Below are positions 1 to 12,845 of a DNA stretch of 64,000 bases, piece by piece. Origin of the DNA: Tubiluchus corallicola (lineage: Eukaryota > Animalia > Priapulida). The notes under the pieces are model-generated. The model was not told where the DNA came from. It saw only the letters and a program-made list of their open reading frames with translations, and did no database searches. The translations under genes and the position numbers were made by a program. The stretch is taken from assembly GCA_030141605.1 (NCBI GenBank), contig JAQGDQ010000015.1, positions 62,001-126,000 of the forward strand. Reading direction: 5' to 3'. How positions within the stretch are numbered: position 1 is the stretch's first letter; every line of letters starts with the position of its first letter.

Positions 1-24
1 TGATGATGATGATGATGATGATGA
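1..24. repeat. (TGA)8 microsatellite, truncated by window start
   Basis: Directly visible tandem TGA. Confidence 0.95.
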
Positions 25-243
25 AGTGATCGAGTAAACGTGCGCAACTTCTGGTATTACATGTCGCATAAAAGTTTAAACCGTGGCGGGTGTTAAATCA
101 AATACCCTATCATAGCTTTTCAGAACTGAACAGAACTGTACAAGTTGGGAATAATATTAGTATACTGCAAGAAATAGGTGTACGACTGCGTTGGAACAGA
201 TAAGTGATTCAAGGTCCAAATGTCATTTTTATTATAATTACTG

Positions 244-277
<34 letters not shown>

Positions 278-345
278 TATCACCATCATCATCATCGTCG
301 TCATTATTGCATTATTACCGCCGCCGTCGTCGTCCACGTCGTCGT
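244..345. repeat. (CAT)n microsatellite grading into (CGT)n
   Basis: Directly visible; explains the poly-His ORF 191..466. Confidence 0.9.
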
Positions 346-1544
346 GATCTGCCTCTTCATCATAACAAGACATGAACTGTTTTGTTGTTGTGTTGTCACA
401 AAATACTTTTATTGCATACGTTTGGAACTTTTGGCTACTTTCTTTGAACCCATATTACAAAATTAATCTGACAAAGAGCTGAATGAACGAAGCTTCTTGA
501 TGAGAGTTCACATTCATAGCCACTCAAGAAAGACACGACAAGAATAGTAGTTGGCAAAGTTTACCTAGACTGAACTTTGCCAACGCTTCCAGTGAAACGC
601 CTGTCCAATTAGCAGGATTAGCGTACAAAACCGAGCCACACTACAAAGAAAATGTAAGTACAGACAGGAAGCCTGCTCCTGGGAAAAGCGCGCAAATTAG
701 AGGTATGCAGCTTAATAAGGAACGTAAAATGTCAAGTTTCATTTTAACTAATTTTATTATGTTAGTGCTGCGAAAGTATAAAAGTTCTTGATTTCTGTAT
801 GTTAATATGTAAATATTGTCCCGTATTTTAATCAATAGTACTTTGTTATTGCAAGTAATCGAGCAATCAGTACGGGCAGTGTACAAATTATAGTAAAGTA
901 TGTATTTAGTGCACAATTTGATTTCATTAATTTTAGATAAACATTTTGTATATATATAAACAATTTTCTTAAAAACATCGTAACAAACATGTATTATTCC
1001 CGCGAGTTATCTATACGTATACTGTGCAGAGCAGAAAATGAACCATGACTAATGAGTCACTTCAGTCACCATTTTGAAGAAATTCTCTTGGTTCATAAAA
1101 CTAAACCCAGTTGACATGGGCAGAGCACAGGCGGTAAAACAAATTTTCCACTCTCATCTAGTCGTCATGTGCAACGGAATCCCTATACCCTGCCGCGGTA
1201 GGCCTTTGTGACATTCAAATGGCTTTTGACCTCCGGCCAACTGTATCAAATTTAGCTCATTCCTTTAGAAGATTATATCACAAGGAATACCTGTGTTCAG
1301 TATTAAAGCAACCTTAACACTTGACCTTCAATCATAAAGTCACTCTATTATTACTCCATTTTTTCTTGGAAATTGAAAAAATTAAGAAGAAAATGGAGCT
1401 AACATGTATACTAGAATTTGTCAAAAATTCCCAAGATAACTAATGTAGACGAAAATTCGTTAAACATTACTGTTAGGAGCTCTGAGCGTGAAGATTGTTT
1501 CCTTCCGCGATTAGAGAGTGTATACATATGTTATGCGCAGGCAG

Positions 1545-1690
1545 GTATGTATGCATGTTTGCTTGTTTTTTGTTTGTTCGTTTGTTTGTGTGTATGTATG
1601 TATGTATATTTGTTTGTTTGTATGTTTGTTTGTTTCTATGTATGTGTGTTTGCGTGTTTGTGTGGTTGTGTGATTGTTTGTTTTGTGTTA
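1545..1690. repeat. Degenerate tetranucleotide microsatellite (TATG/TTTG/TGTG)
   Basis: Directly visible; explains overlapping ORFs 1418-1766. Confidence 0.9.
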
Positions 1691-1818
1691 ATGTAACAAT
1701 TGAACAATTAGAGCAAAAACTATTGAGCATGCAAACTTCATTGTAAACTTGCCTTCTGTTTATCACTGGGCTTCGAATGTTTTTTTAACAATAACTGTCG
1801 AACGGTAGTCTTACGTCG

Positions 1819-1882
1819 CGTTCAGACTTAGAGAGTTTTCTCTCGCAAGTCCTCTCTGAGAGCAAACTCGCAAGTATGAACG
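1819..1882. repeat. Imperfect 64-bp palindrome, probable DNA-transposon/MITE terminus
   Basis: cgttcagacttagagagttttctctc pairs with gagagcaaactcgcaagtatgaacg; the motif ctcgcaag occurs three times in 1842-1905. The transposon interpretation is inference. Confidence 0.45.
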
Positions 1883-4800
1883 GCTTGGGAAGTTCGCTCG
1901 CAAGATTTGCTAATTGTTAATTAGTTTAACTACATTTTAATTGACCATTGCCGTATTTTAGTGGACAAATAAGCCTTCGAACTTCACAGTGTCCAATTGT
2001 CACTTTTATAATTCATAAGGCATTTTAAATTATGTTATTATAACTACATATCCATAATTTTTTATTTTTTTACTATAGCATAATGTGTATATATTTTAAA
2101 TGAGAATAATCTTTTTGAATCTTGAGTCTAGTTTAATTTAGCGAATGGGTTCAGAATGTTGAAATGAATATAATAATGCTGATTGAAAGAGCATTTTTGG
2201 AGTCCGTCTTTATTTACTTCTTCAACTGCTCACGGGTTTTGAAGAAAGTGCAAACTCTAACATTCTTGCGAATATTAAAGCGGGCACTTCTTCAGCTATC
2301 AGTCACTCGAAGAAAATAAACCCGCTAAAACAACGTCGAAGCTCGCAATGTTCCTGACTTTGAGCGAAGGGCATCTTCTTTAAGGTTAGTCGGTGTTACT
2401 TGTCCCCAAATTTCGGCGATTGCGGGCACTCGCACCCCTTACTGCATCACGTGACCTAGAGGTGTAATTTTGCGAGCATGACCGTGCATACCTGGCCAGT
2501 AGGTGCGCAGAGTCGAACCAGCAGACATCGTGAACTTGGATATACTCTAGACGCAAAGTTTACACACAAAAGTACAATCGCTTCTCTTACCGTGTGCGGA
2601 TTTAATCTTCGGTGTACAAGGAATTTTTCACCTGCCGAAGAGATCAAAGGTTTGTCTTCCGATTTGACAGGTGTTTTTCAGCGATATAGTGAATTTTGTC
2701 ACAAAACGTGATTTTATTACCAGGAATGTGCTGAAATCGGCTTGTTTTCTTATAAAGGATGATCGCTGTTGTACCAACGAACCAATAATTTCTAATTAGC
2801 AAAGAGATTATTTCTATTCCGACGCGGTTTAGTTGCTTTGTGTATGAACATTGTGAAAGTGCATTGGAATATTAAAAAAGCGCTGACTAAATTTTGAAAT
2901 GTAAAGGGCGACAAAACAAACCTGTTCATATTGCCGGTGTACGGATCTCGGTTGTGTCCGGTTCGTGTACGTACTCTGACTGTGACTGGCTTAGCAAATA
3001 TGGATGTATAAAAGCACTACGCATATAATTTGATACTTCATTGTGTAACAATTAATAAGAGATAATGTCATTCAAATCGTGTAATACGTTTGCAAATTAA
3101 TAATCATCAACAACCAAAATAAACATCAAACGCCATCAATTAGATGTATAATAATCATAAATACATACAAGGGCAAAAAATTACAAAAAGAAAAGTTAGG
3201 CCGAGTACCCACATAATTCACTTATTTATCTTAGTCAAGCCTAACAGATTGAAGGAAGAAAATTAGTATCCAATTCTAGATAAAAATCTCACACCCGGCT
3301 TCCTAAAAATCATTAACAAAGTGCAGATTATTTTGTAAGAGCTCTGCATCTTTATTTATTCAAAATAAAAACATGTGCAGGCTTTTAAATTTCAGCTGCC
3401 TATGCGTGTACATGTATTTAGAAAATTGATACCGAATAAACGGTAAAGTAACTAATAATAGTTAAAAAATACTGATAATGAAGAGTTACAAACCAGATAA
3501 TTATTATTATTGCTAAAAAAGTAAAATGTGAATTATTACAGTTGCAATCGGATTTCCGGCGGGCGCTGATCTGACACCCTCGTAACGTTTTGTTGATAGT
3601 CTGTTTATGAAACATGTCAGATGAAGAAGCTGAGGACGAGGAGGCGTCCATGGAGATGGAAGCTGGCATTTCCAGCTGACATCCCGGGAATCCTGTCATC
3701 AATTATACATGAGCAGTGCGCCATGCAAATGCGCAATAAAATACCATTTTAATATCAGAAAGAATGAACGTCGCAGTGTACAACCCAAAAGGCAACAAAA
3801 TATGCATATTTTATAAATTTAACCTACACTATAGTGAATTAATGGAAGGTAAACCTTTATGGTTTTTCTACAATGCAGTTAATATTAACAAAAAAGTGAA
3901 AACTAAATTTATTTTAAATCCAAAATTGTCATTTTGGTCATCATTATGTTACAAGAACCTACCATGTTAAAGGCAAAGTTAACGAAATAATTAATTTTGC
4001 TTTCGCGCTTATTGTTTTTATGTTGGAAATTGCCAAATAATTTTAAGAAACGAACAAGCACATGTCATTGTAGTAGGTTACACCTCTAACGATTGGAAAA
4101 AAGTATTGCAAAGATTAATAGACCCTTTTGTAACTGATAGTAACTTCGAATTAGAGGATAGAACTTAAAAACCCCAGCTTACGCAATACAAAATTCTCAG
4201 GCGCAATTCGTCTAATTTTGGACTGGGTTCATATAGTCACCAGTAGCATACTTTTGCAGTGTCGACTGTTCCGTTTTGTTTAATGCTCGACAACTTCTTG
4301 TGACATTTATTAAATAGTCCTTCTCTTAGTTTTTTCTTTCGATGTGTGCCACTTGAATGGTCCGCAGCTTCTATCATTTTACCTCTTTTTTCTGTTCACG
4401 CGTGTTCGGTAAGGCCTTCACCATTAACTTTATGAGCTAAGGCTTCCTCCTTCCCTCTGTTTCTCCCACGGTAGTTAACTAGCGTTGATAGGCGTACATG
4501 GCTTCCGTATATAATATTGAATTTGAAATCAAGTCGAGATTTCGCACAAGTGGCAAGCACGTGTGATGCTTACAGCTTGGTGAAACCATGCAGCTAGTGT
4601 TTACCGGGCAAGCTTGGAAACCACTACCAGTGTTCTTAATTTAATATAATTGTAGTGCTAATTATTCTGTTAGATTTCCATGTAGACTAGCAGAAGGCCT
4701 CTATTTGCGCCAAGTTCATAGCAAAAATTATTTTAATGAAGTATTTCAAGTATTTTAATTAAACTTTAATTTTAGTGTAAATTACAGTGTCGATAATTAC

Positions 4801-5798
4801 TATTACAACTGTTTATGCTTCTGCTATTGTTACCCCTGCTGCTGCTATTATTACTATGCTTAATTCAAATTTGTCTTGAAACGTGTGTTTCCAGTTCAAA
4901 GTCAAAATAATTTAAAATAATATAGATCGAATGAAATTGACGCCATTAGTGCATCTTTTATAAGTAAACGATTTTCATTCATATTATTGTTCATTGAGCT
5001 TTACAATCCCTATATAATTTTGCTGTTTTGTATGACTATCAGATGGTAAATTAAATTTCAAAAAACCAATGAAAGAAAACTGTAAAATTCAGTAAAAACT
5101 GTAAAATCAGACAAGTTTTTAGCTAATTCGTCACGAAATTTTAGTTTTGATAACATTAAATTAAACATTTTAACAATTTTTAAAAAAGACTGGCAATATA
5201 GTGTCAATATAACTTATGATTTAATTTATTGAATCATCAAACAAAAGACATTTGACAAAACAAAAACATTTTTAATATGGCCATCTGAGGGATTTGTACG
5301 GGTATAGCTTTTTGTAATTGGATCATAAAAATAGAAAGCATATTGTGAGTATTGAATTTTAAACTTTTTTCACCTTGATGTACAATTTGCGTTTTTTTTT
5401 CAGTTGACGCCGAGCAAAAATGTAGTCAGCAAACATCAACGCATTAAAAGTGTCTGTTCCTAATTAAAGTTAATTAAAGTAATTGATTGCTCTTGGTAAT
5501 AGTGGTTTCTTTTTGCTGGCAGATGTGAATCAGAAGTGTGGATGAAGTCAGCGTGTCTATACACGTGTCGGGGATACGAGTCATTTCTAATGAAACCAAG
5601 CAGAGAGAGAGAGGGGAGGAATTATGGTGAACACATGTAGAAGAAACAGCGAGTCGATAACAAGACGGCCAGTTTGGATCATCTATAGCTACTAAGAGGC
5701 TGTGCGAAACACGCTGAGAGAGTATTTGCTGATGATAGCGACGAAGATGATAATCGTGATGGTAATGATGATGGTAATGATTAGTTATCATTAGTGTC

Positions 5799-6533
5799 CA
5801 GGTGCTTGTGTAAAGTAGTGAGCCGGTCTTTTAGGTGAAAGGTGATGAGTAAAGGTGAAACTATTTACCTGTGAATGTTTCAAACATGCATAATCTACCG
5901 GACAAAACCTGACCCCAGCCATAGTGTTTGATTATCGGGTTAAAGAAAAGCAAATATTAACTTCATAAAACGTGGAAATTTGCACGAAATCAAGACAATT
6001 CGGTCTGACGTCGTTCTGTGAGGTGCAGTAACTTCAATATACCTGTCCTATACCTGTATACACAAGTGAACAAGGCGTTGGCCCTAATCACTATTTCATC
6101 ATCGCAATTTGATTAGTTTACCTGTCTTAACCTAGTGAGGAGGGAATAGGTTTGACTTTCACTGCGGCGACGCTGTGTGCTGCGCAGGTTAGCCGCTAGC
6201 TTGGATGTCCAACAGTCTGCGGTACGAGTCTGATAACAGCAGACGAACGATGTGATCCGCAGCGACACTTACCTGCTAATTTATCTGCCAAATAAGGCTT
6301 GTTTCAATAAAGTCTATAAAATGTGCACGAAAAGTGCGTTTAACGCCGACCGGACATAAACCTGGTGTTTCAAACGTGCGAAAACGTCCTGAAAACACAG
6401 AATTTGAGTTTCTGAGAGGAAATTTTAATGTGCCATTTTATTAAGGCAACGTATTGTTGACGTTGCCCGATCGAGATTGTATTATTTGGTAGTACAGTTG
6501 ATATCAGGGCGATATCGCAGTGAGATTATAATC
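5799..6533 (+). promoter_or_regulatory. Putative promoter/5' UTR region of the jeb-like gene
   Basis: Lies directly upstream of ATG 6534; locally CpG-richer; CAGGTG at 5799; TACCTG at 5866, 6040, 6051, 6119, 6270; TATAAAA at 6315. TSS cannot be determined from sequence. Confidence 0.5.
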
Positions 6534-6921
6534 ATGAATCTATATAGTTGGTTGTTATGTGTGGTGTTAGCAGTACTTAGCGTACAACTAATGGTTGCCG
6601 TTCCTATAACGGACAGATACGGCGCACGGCGCCGAAACCGGCAACGTGAAAGCCGGCGAAACCGGAACAAACATTATAATAGAAACTCCCTTATAGAGGG
6701 GCGGCGGCGCGGAAAGACGACGACGTCGACGACAACGACGACGACAACAACAACGACGCCGCCGTCTTCAACGACAGCAACAACGACAACGCGAGCGCCA
6801 CCGTTGCCACCGATGATTAGGCCAGAGTTGCCAGCGGCCACGCTAGGGCAGATGATATTCCGCAGAAAAACGCGAGAAAGTCAAAGTAATACACACAAAA
6901 AACTGGACGTGCCTCAAATAG
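6534..6921 (+). CDS. jeb: Jelly belly-like secreted Alk ligand, coding exon 1 (aa 1-129: signal peptide, Arg-rich segment, Thr/Pro-rich linker)
   Basis: ATG in ATCATGA context; hydrophobic signal peptide MNLYSWLLCVVLAVLSVQLMVA; ends ...KKLDVPQI + G at donor G|GTAAG (6921|6922, phase 1), joining exon 2 in frame to give PQIECPP as in recalled arthropod Jeb sequences. Confidence 0.9.
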
Positions 6922-9900
6922 GTAAGCCCTATATTTCTGATGCTTGTATACTTTTTTGCATGACGTCAATAGATTTTGTGGAACAATAACGTAAAAAATA
7001 TAACGTTACCGTGTTTCTTTTGGAACACTTCATGCATATAAATGAAACTTACTAAGGTTTCTAACGATCCCTGGCAAAAGTTGGTGGTACACAATGGTGC
7101 TAAAATAATACTTTTTGTTTGGTATGACGCCCGATAGATAAGCAGAAAAAAGGGAGAGCCATTGTGCAACAGTTGAAACAAACTTGATATCTCTGGCGAG
7201 TATGGCTCAGCCTTTAAATCGGAATAACAGTCTGCATTAGGGCTCTGAGTGCTATCGGGTTCTTGAAAGTCATCAACTTGCAGCAGTAACTTGAATGAAC
7301 TTCTGTTTGATAATGATACAAAGTTTATCCCAAGATGCTGCTGTTATTTCTTTGTATTCATTGTACAATAGGCAATTATATAACTGACATACAGCAGAAC
7401 GCATGTATCAATTAAATATTTATTTTCAGTGTCTGAGGATGAGCGAAGGTTGCATTATATTGACATAAGCCATTTAAACCGTTAATTCCAATAATAGTTC
7501 AAACAATCGCTCAAATGGGGGCGCAAAATAATATTATTTCTTTGCAAAACAACACGTGATTGTGTAAGTCATCTCAAACTGAGTAAGAAGCGCCTACCAA
7601 GGCTATTCTACTGATCTGGCGCGAGTCCACTCACTAAACCCAGTGCCTACTGAAGGTAACTGAAAGCATACAGCCTTTTACTTGTAGTAGATCAACATTC
7701 TATGCCACCTCCATTCAATATACAACCAATCAGTGGTACAGCCAAATAGCAATTACATGGTTTTTTATAACGTGAGCTAGAAATAGGTATAAGATTTCTA
7801 TTAAGACAGAAGAGGACTAGATGGAAAATATTGAAACCCGCCAGACTCAGCTTACATATTGTACCACTTATATAGCAGCTATTCACTAGCATTCAACTAT
7901 TCGTATACATATCCAGTTTTCAATATGATTTTTACCAATAGCATGCATGTATTGTCGCGTTCATTTACAGATTTTGTACAATTTTCATAATTACATGTTG
8001 TATGATATTGGTGTACTATAGTATAGTACATAAGCCTATGAAAATTGAGTTAATCCATGTAAAAAACCTAACAAGTTTAAATACACCCTTTTGTGTATAT
8101 TTCAAGCAATACACTGCACAAAGCGATAATTGTGCCACATGCAATCCTGTGCACAGTTTAAACTGTGTTACCTGCACAGATTTCGAACTGTGTTACCTGA
8201 GCAATTGATTGATCTTAACTTTCACCTGGCCGCAATCAGGCCAATAAGCAGGTAGGAGAGCACTTCAAATACAAGCCACTGCCGAGGACCTACAAAACAA
8301 CACCTGTGTCCATTGTGTCCCTATATAGTCAGATAAATAATGCCCACCAAAGCGTGTTTACTTTTGATTTGAACACAACTGAATTTAAAGTAGGCGTCCA
8401 TGCAAACCTGGACAGAGCCATCAATCTCCTCGTTTCATTCAACTTTTTGAAATGAAGTTCAAACATAAATATGCTTATAATATTATAAATATTATCATAA
8501 ATATTAAACAGCGTGCATGAGAATGAATTCAGTCCGTGGAATGTTTATAAAATTTTTGCAGGTACTGTATGCATACATAATTATATGTATCTTCTCGATT
8601 TTTGTATGCATTCCGTGTTTTATGTGATCTAGGTTTGAAGTTCGGTTTTTTGCTAAAATTCCAAAAACTGGTCTCATCTATCTACTCATGCTACAATAAC
8701 CAAATCTCAGGCCAAGGCTTGATGAATCATTACATTAGTTTTACCGTCGTCGTTATAGTTATCCGTGCAGTATACACAGTTATTTTGTATAGTTCAAAAC
8801 CAGTAGTATATAAACATTTGTGAAAACGACGAAAACTTTTGTGTTGAAGAAATTGATAACAACGAATATTTTTGCGCATGCTGTCAGCAACTTAGAAGAC
8901 ACTTAACTATAAGCATTAAACCTTAATACTATAGTATCAACTACCAGTATCTTAACCCACTCTGAATAAGTAGTATCAGAAGGTTTACAGTAAATAATTT
9001 CTGATCTTGCCACATTTGGGACCTTTTTTAATTAATTTATTTTGCACCAAGTTTGTCCCAGTGCACCTTGCATATGTATCTGGTTCAGTCAATACAGACT
9101 AATCTGTGAGCTTATGCTAAGCTAGCTTAATTACGCTCATTAATCAGTCAGCCTCCTGGGAGAAGCGCTGCACAGATCTTAACGCGCTAATAATGTGTTA
9201 CCTACGCGTTTATATGCTTCTCGCAGCTTTGCGATAACAAACTAAAACTCAAAGTGACATTTTCGCGAGCTCATCCGTAGACTCCCAATACCATCTCTGC
9301 AGGATAATTTTGCTACTTGATTCGATACCCCGTATTGTTCGTTTTCTCTACCATGTCATTTCATTCCATTACCCAGCGTCATTCAAGGTATTTATCCGGT
9401 AATAGCAGTCAATAACGAAGCGTGGGAGTCGATTGAACCAATACTCATTGCGTAATGTAAACTCTTCTGACCGACGCCATGCGTTGATGAAGCCTGACAT
9501 GACACTTTCACAGAAAAATGAATTTCCAAACGCAAGAGTGCCGTTTAAAGTGATTAATTAGATAGTTTTCATAGTTACGATGCAGTGTACCAAATTAGAA
9601 GAATGCCTATTATGGCTAGCACAAGAAAATGATTAGAAAGCTAGTTCAACAGGACTTGATCTGAGGACCTTTTGCTGAAACTAAATGTTGTGCCGCCTAA
9701 GCTACAAAAATTCACACCAATTTAATTGTTTTGAACAATTAACTGCATTTTTCCCAACACTATTATAGTAAACTTTATAGTTATTTTTCGTAATATATAA
9801 TAGTATATTTGATTGGTTTTGTTTTGGTTTTAGCAAATTTAGCATATTTTGTAAAAATACCTGACAGTTATAACATTAATCTTTTTTCAAACTCCCAAAT

Positions 9901-12439
9901 GCTGATAAGCGCTTTCTTTTTGGACAAAATCCACATCGGACACTTTCCTAACAAGTCATGGTCATGGTAATCAGATCTCGTTTGTGTTGCGCAACACAGT
10001 AGATAAGTTTGCGCAATTTCCTCTGCTGTTTCCCGTGAGTTAATTACGACGGGGCGTTCTCTTGATAATTACACATAATTAGCGGTAGCTAAAGACTGCG
10101 AAAGTCGTCTGTGTCCGGTATTGTAATGCTTACTGTATCAGCTAAACAAAGTTAGCAAACTTCTTTAATGGAAGGACAAATATTTTCACTGTCACGGCTT
10201 ATAAATCAGACCCACTGTCTATATTACTAATATATGCGCATGGCTGAAAATACCCAAAATACAAAACATAATACGGATGGTACAACAAGAGTTTGTTTAA
10301 AATTGGACTTTGATCAGTTAGTTTTGCGCATGCAGTATACGTGTTGTCAATGAAATACCAAATATTAAAGCATTACTGCGAACCATTTTAGCAAATAAAC
10401 CTTAAGAAGGGTGTTATAGCAGCTTCTTTTGTCCCAATAATTTTGTGCTCTTTAGTCATAGACCACCTTTGCAGTTTCATTGGTTTAAAATATTAAATTG
10501 CAGTAAAGAGACTGAGGGTCAAGTTACCCTTAGCTTCCACAAGGACTACTTCATGGGAAGTTTCCCTCTTTTTATCCAGAGTGCATCTGGAGGAGATTGT
10601 CCTACATTATTTTTTCTCGACCGAGGCTTACCTCAGTCAGGGCTACATGTGTTTAGCAGATATTTACTCAGTTTGTACTACTGCCAGTTGGCTGTCAGCG
10701 ATGCCTAGCACACCGCATTCCAACTCAACCCCCTTTACACCAGGTACTTCTTTTATAACGGACTTATCAGGACCCGTCTAACTTTTTCCTTTAACAACAG
10801 TGATTCGTATGATGAAGTTCTTTATGCCTGGTTCAACAACTACTGTCGGCTGGTTCGAGAATTGACCGATAGGGCGGCGTGTAATGTAACAGTTCCTCCC
10901 GCTTGGGCATCTTGATGCCGAGTTGATGGACAGATGCAGATAATATCATGCACTGGTCAATAGACAGCCGCACAGACAGACAGGCTTCAGATAAACTCAT
11001 CGGTTGACTTGCATCTATTTACGCCTGCTGCTGCAGCAGCAAAACGTATCCTGGTTTCAATTATGGCTGTTATTTTATGCAATATTTTCCTACCCCGAGC
11101 AGATTTTTCCAGGAAAACGCAAAGAATATTAATCAGCGCACCTGAATTAGAACCCAGACGTTTAAACTGATAGGCAGACAATACACATCTTGCCTGTACC
11201 TTAATTAACGCTGCTAACTCTTATATAACTCCAAAAGAGTTAATAAAACGTTGTCCTTTTCGAAACTGTGGCGCTCGTAAACATAATTGCGCTGAGCTTA
11301 ATAGTTAATTCGCAGCTCGCCTGTCTGGAATGTGTAATATTTTAAAATTTTAATTGGAAGCTCTCACATTTTTCACAGACAGCTGCTGCACAATGAACAT
11401 TAACTTAACGATATCTGTATGAATAAATAGCATGCATGACATTGTACATTAGATTTATGGCAGAGCGTTAACAGGTGTATTATTGTCTGCCGAATAAAGA
11501 TCAAAAATAAACTTTAATAGTAATAAATTTATTCAGTTTTCAATGAGGCGGAAAAGCTGGTGGAAAAACCGCATTTAGTCACGTTCTTGGTTGCATTCTG
11601 AGAAGTGTTTCTGTCTAATGTGAACTGTCATAGTGGAAATCTTAACCGACAGGTAATTATAGAGTAAAAGCTAATGCCTGTTCGGGTGTATAGTAAAGTG
11701 TTTTTGTACAGTTGGCGATCGAGAATGGATTGGTTTGTCAGCTGCCTTGTTCGTGACACAGATACCTTGAAAGAGGCTGACTGACTGGCAAGTGGTCAAT
11801 TTCTTTAACTCATCAATGGTCAAAATGTCTTTACAACCTGAAAGCTCTTGAACACTCTTTTCTGGTTTGATTTACGTTACAGTAGTAAAGTGGATTACTA
11901 TCAAGTTACTGTAATGTGCGTCAAGCTCAAAAGGAACAATGCAAGATACACACCCGTGGGGTCTACTCACTCCAGATTAACTTTTAGTGGGTTAATTCAA
12001 TAATTGCTCAAAGTATTGTCAAAGGTAAATAAGCTAAAATCTTCTCCAAAGAGGGTCAAGGGTTGTATAGGCGCAGAACTGCTTGAGCGACAGACACGGT
12101 GGAAATAACGTTTCAGACGCATAATTTCAGTAAATTAAATCCACACGTGAGGCTGGAATGTTATTCACATGTGAATGATGTCGTTTGTGATGACGGGGTT
12201 ATGTTGACCACGACCTATAGGATGACGACGACGACGACGGTCACTGTGTTTATCTTCAACGTTTTTGACTTACATTCACCTAGGTGTTTTAATTTATTTG
12301 CTGGATTAAAATTAAATTCAGGTTGAATCGGGATCGAATGCAGACAGAGATGTCGTTTAGTTCAGCATCAGAATCTAGGAAGTGATGTTGACTATATAAA
12401 TTAAAAAACAGTATAAGAACAGGCGAGAGGGGTAGAACC

Positions 12440-12845
12440 AAGGCCCCTTCAAAAGACGGATAAAACAAGCGAGAAAGTTCAAGAAAATGCTGACTGAGAG
12501 GGAAACGATGACAGAAAGGGAGGAGGAAGGAGAGAAAAGGAGAGGAGAAAGAAAAGGAGGAATAAAAGAGAGAATGACGGAATCACGATAAAAAGAAAAA
12601 ACATAAGGAAGGGAAAACGAAAGAAAGAAAAAGCGGAAGGAAGAAAGTGCTAAAGCAGGAAGAAAGGAAGTAAGGAAAGCACAAAAAGCAGGATGTAATG
12701 AAAACTGAGATGAAGAACGGATATATGAAAAAAGAAAAAGAAAAGACAGAAATAAAGCAAAGCAGAACAAAGAAAACCGAAAAAAGAGTCGAAAGGCAGA
12801 AAAAGAATGAAAAAAGGAAAGAAGGAAAACGAAAGAACAAATCAC
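12440..12845. repeat. Purine-rich (A/G) low-complexity tract
   Basis: About 400 bp strongly dominated by A/G on +; source of the Phe/Leu/Ser ORFs 12375..12884 and 12583..12840. Confidence 0.85.

Noticed and set aside
3614-3679. Acidic micro-ORF MSDEEAEDEEASMEMEAGISS*
   Set aside because: Only 21 aa with no recognisable domain or supporting splice structure; more likely TE debris or chance.
5391-5403. Strong acceptor gtttttttttCAG as the start of an upstream jeb exon
   Set aside because: Would imply a 1.1-kb 5' UTR segment with many upstream ATGs; no supporting upstream donor identified; untestable without RNA data.
6477-6989. 170-aa single-exon ORF as listed
   Set aside because: It starts at TTG; the real start is ATG 6534 (signal peptide), and the tail GKPYISD... 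is intron read-through past the donor at 6922.
10445-10930. ORFs 10445..10708 and 10581..10781 in a GC-richer patch
   Set aside because: Non-ATG starts and no domain; looks like degraded retroposon sequence that I cannot classify.
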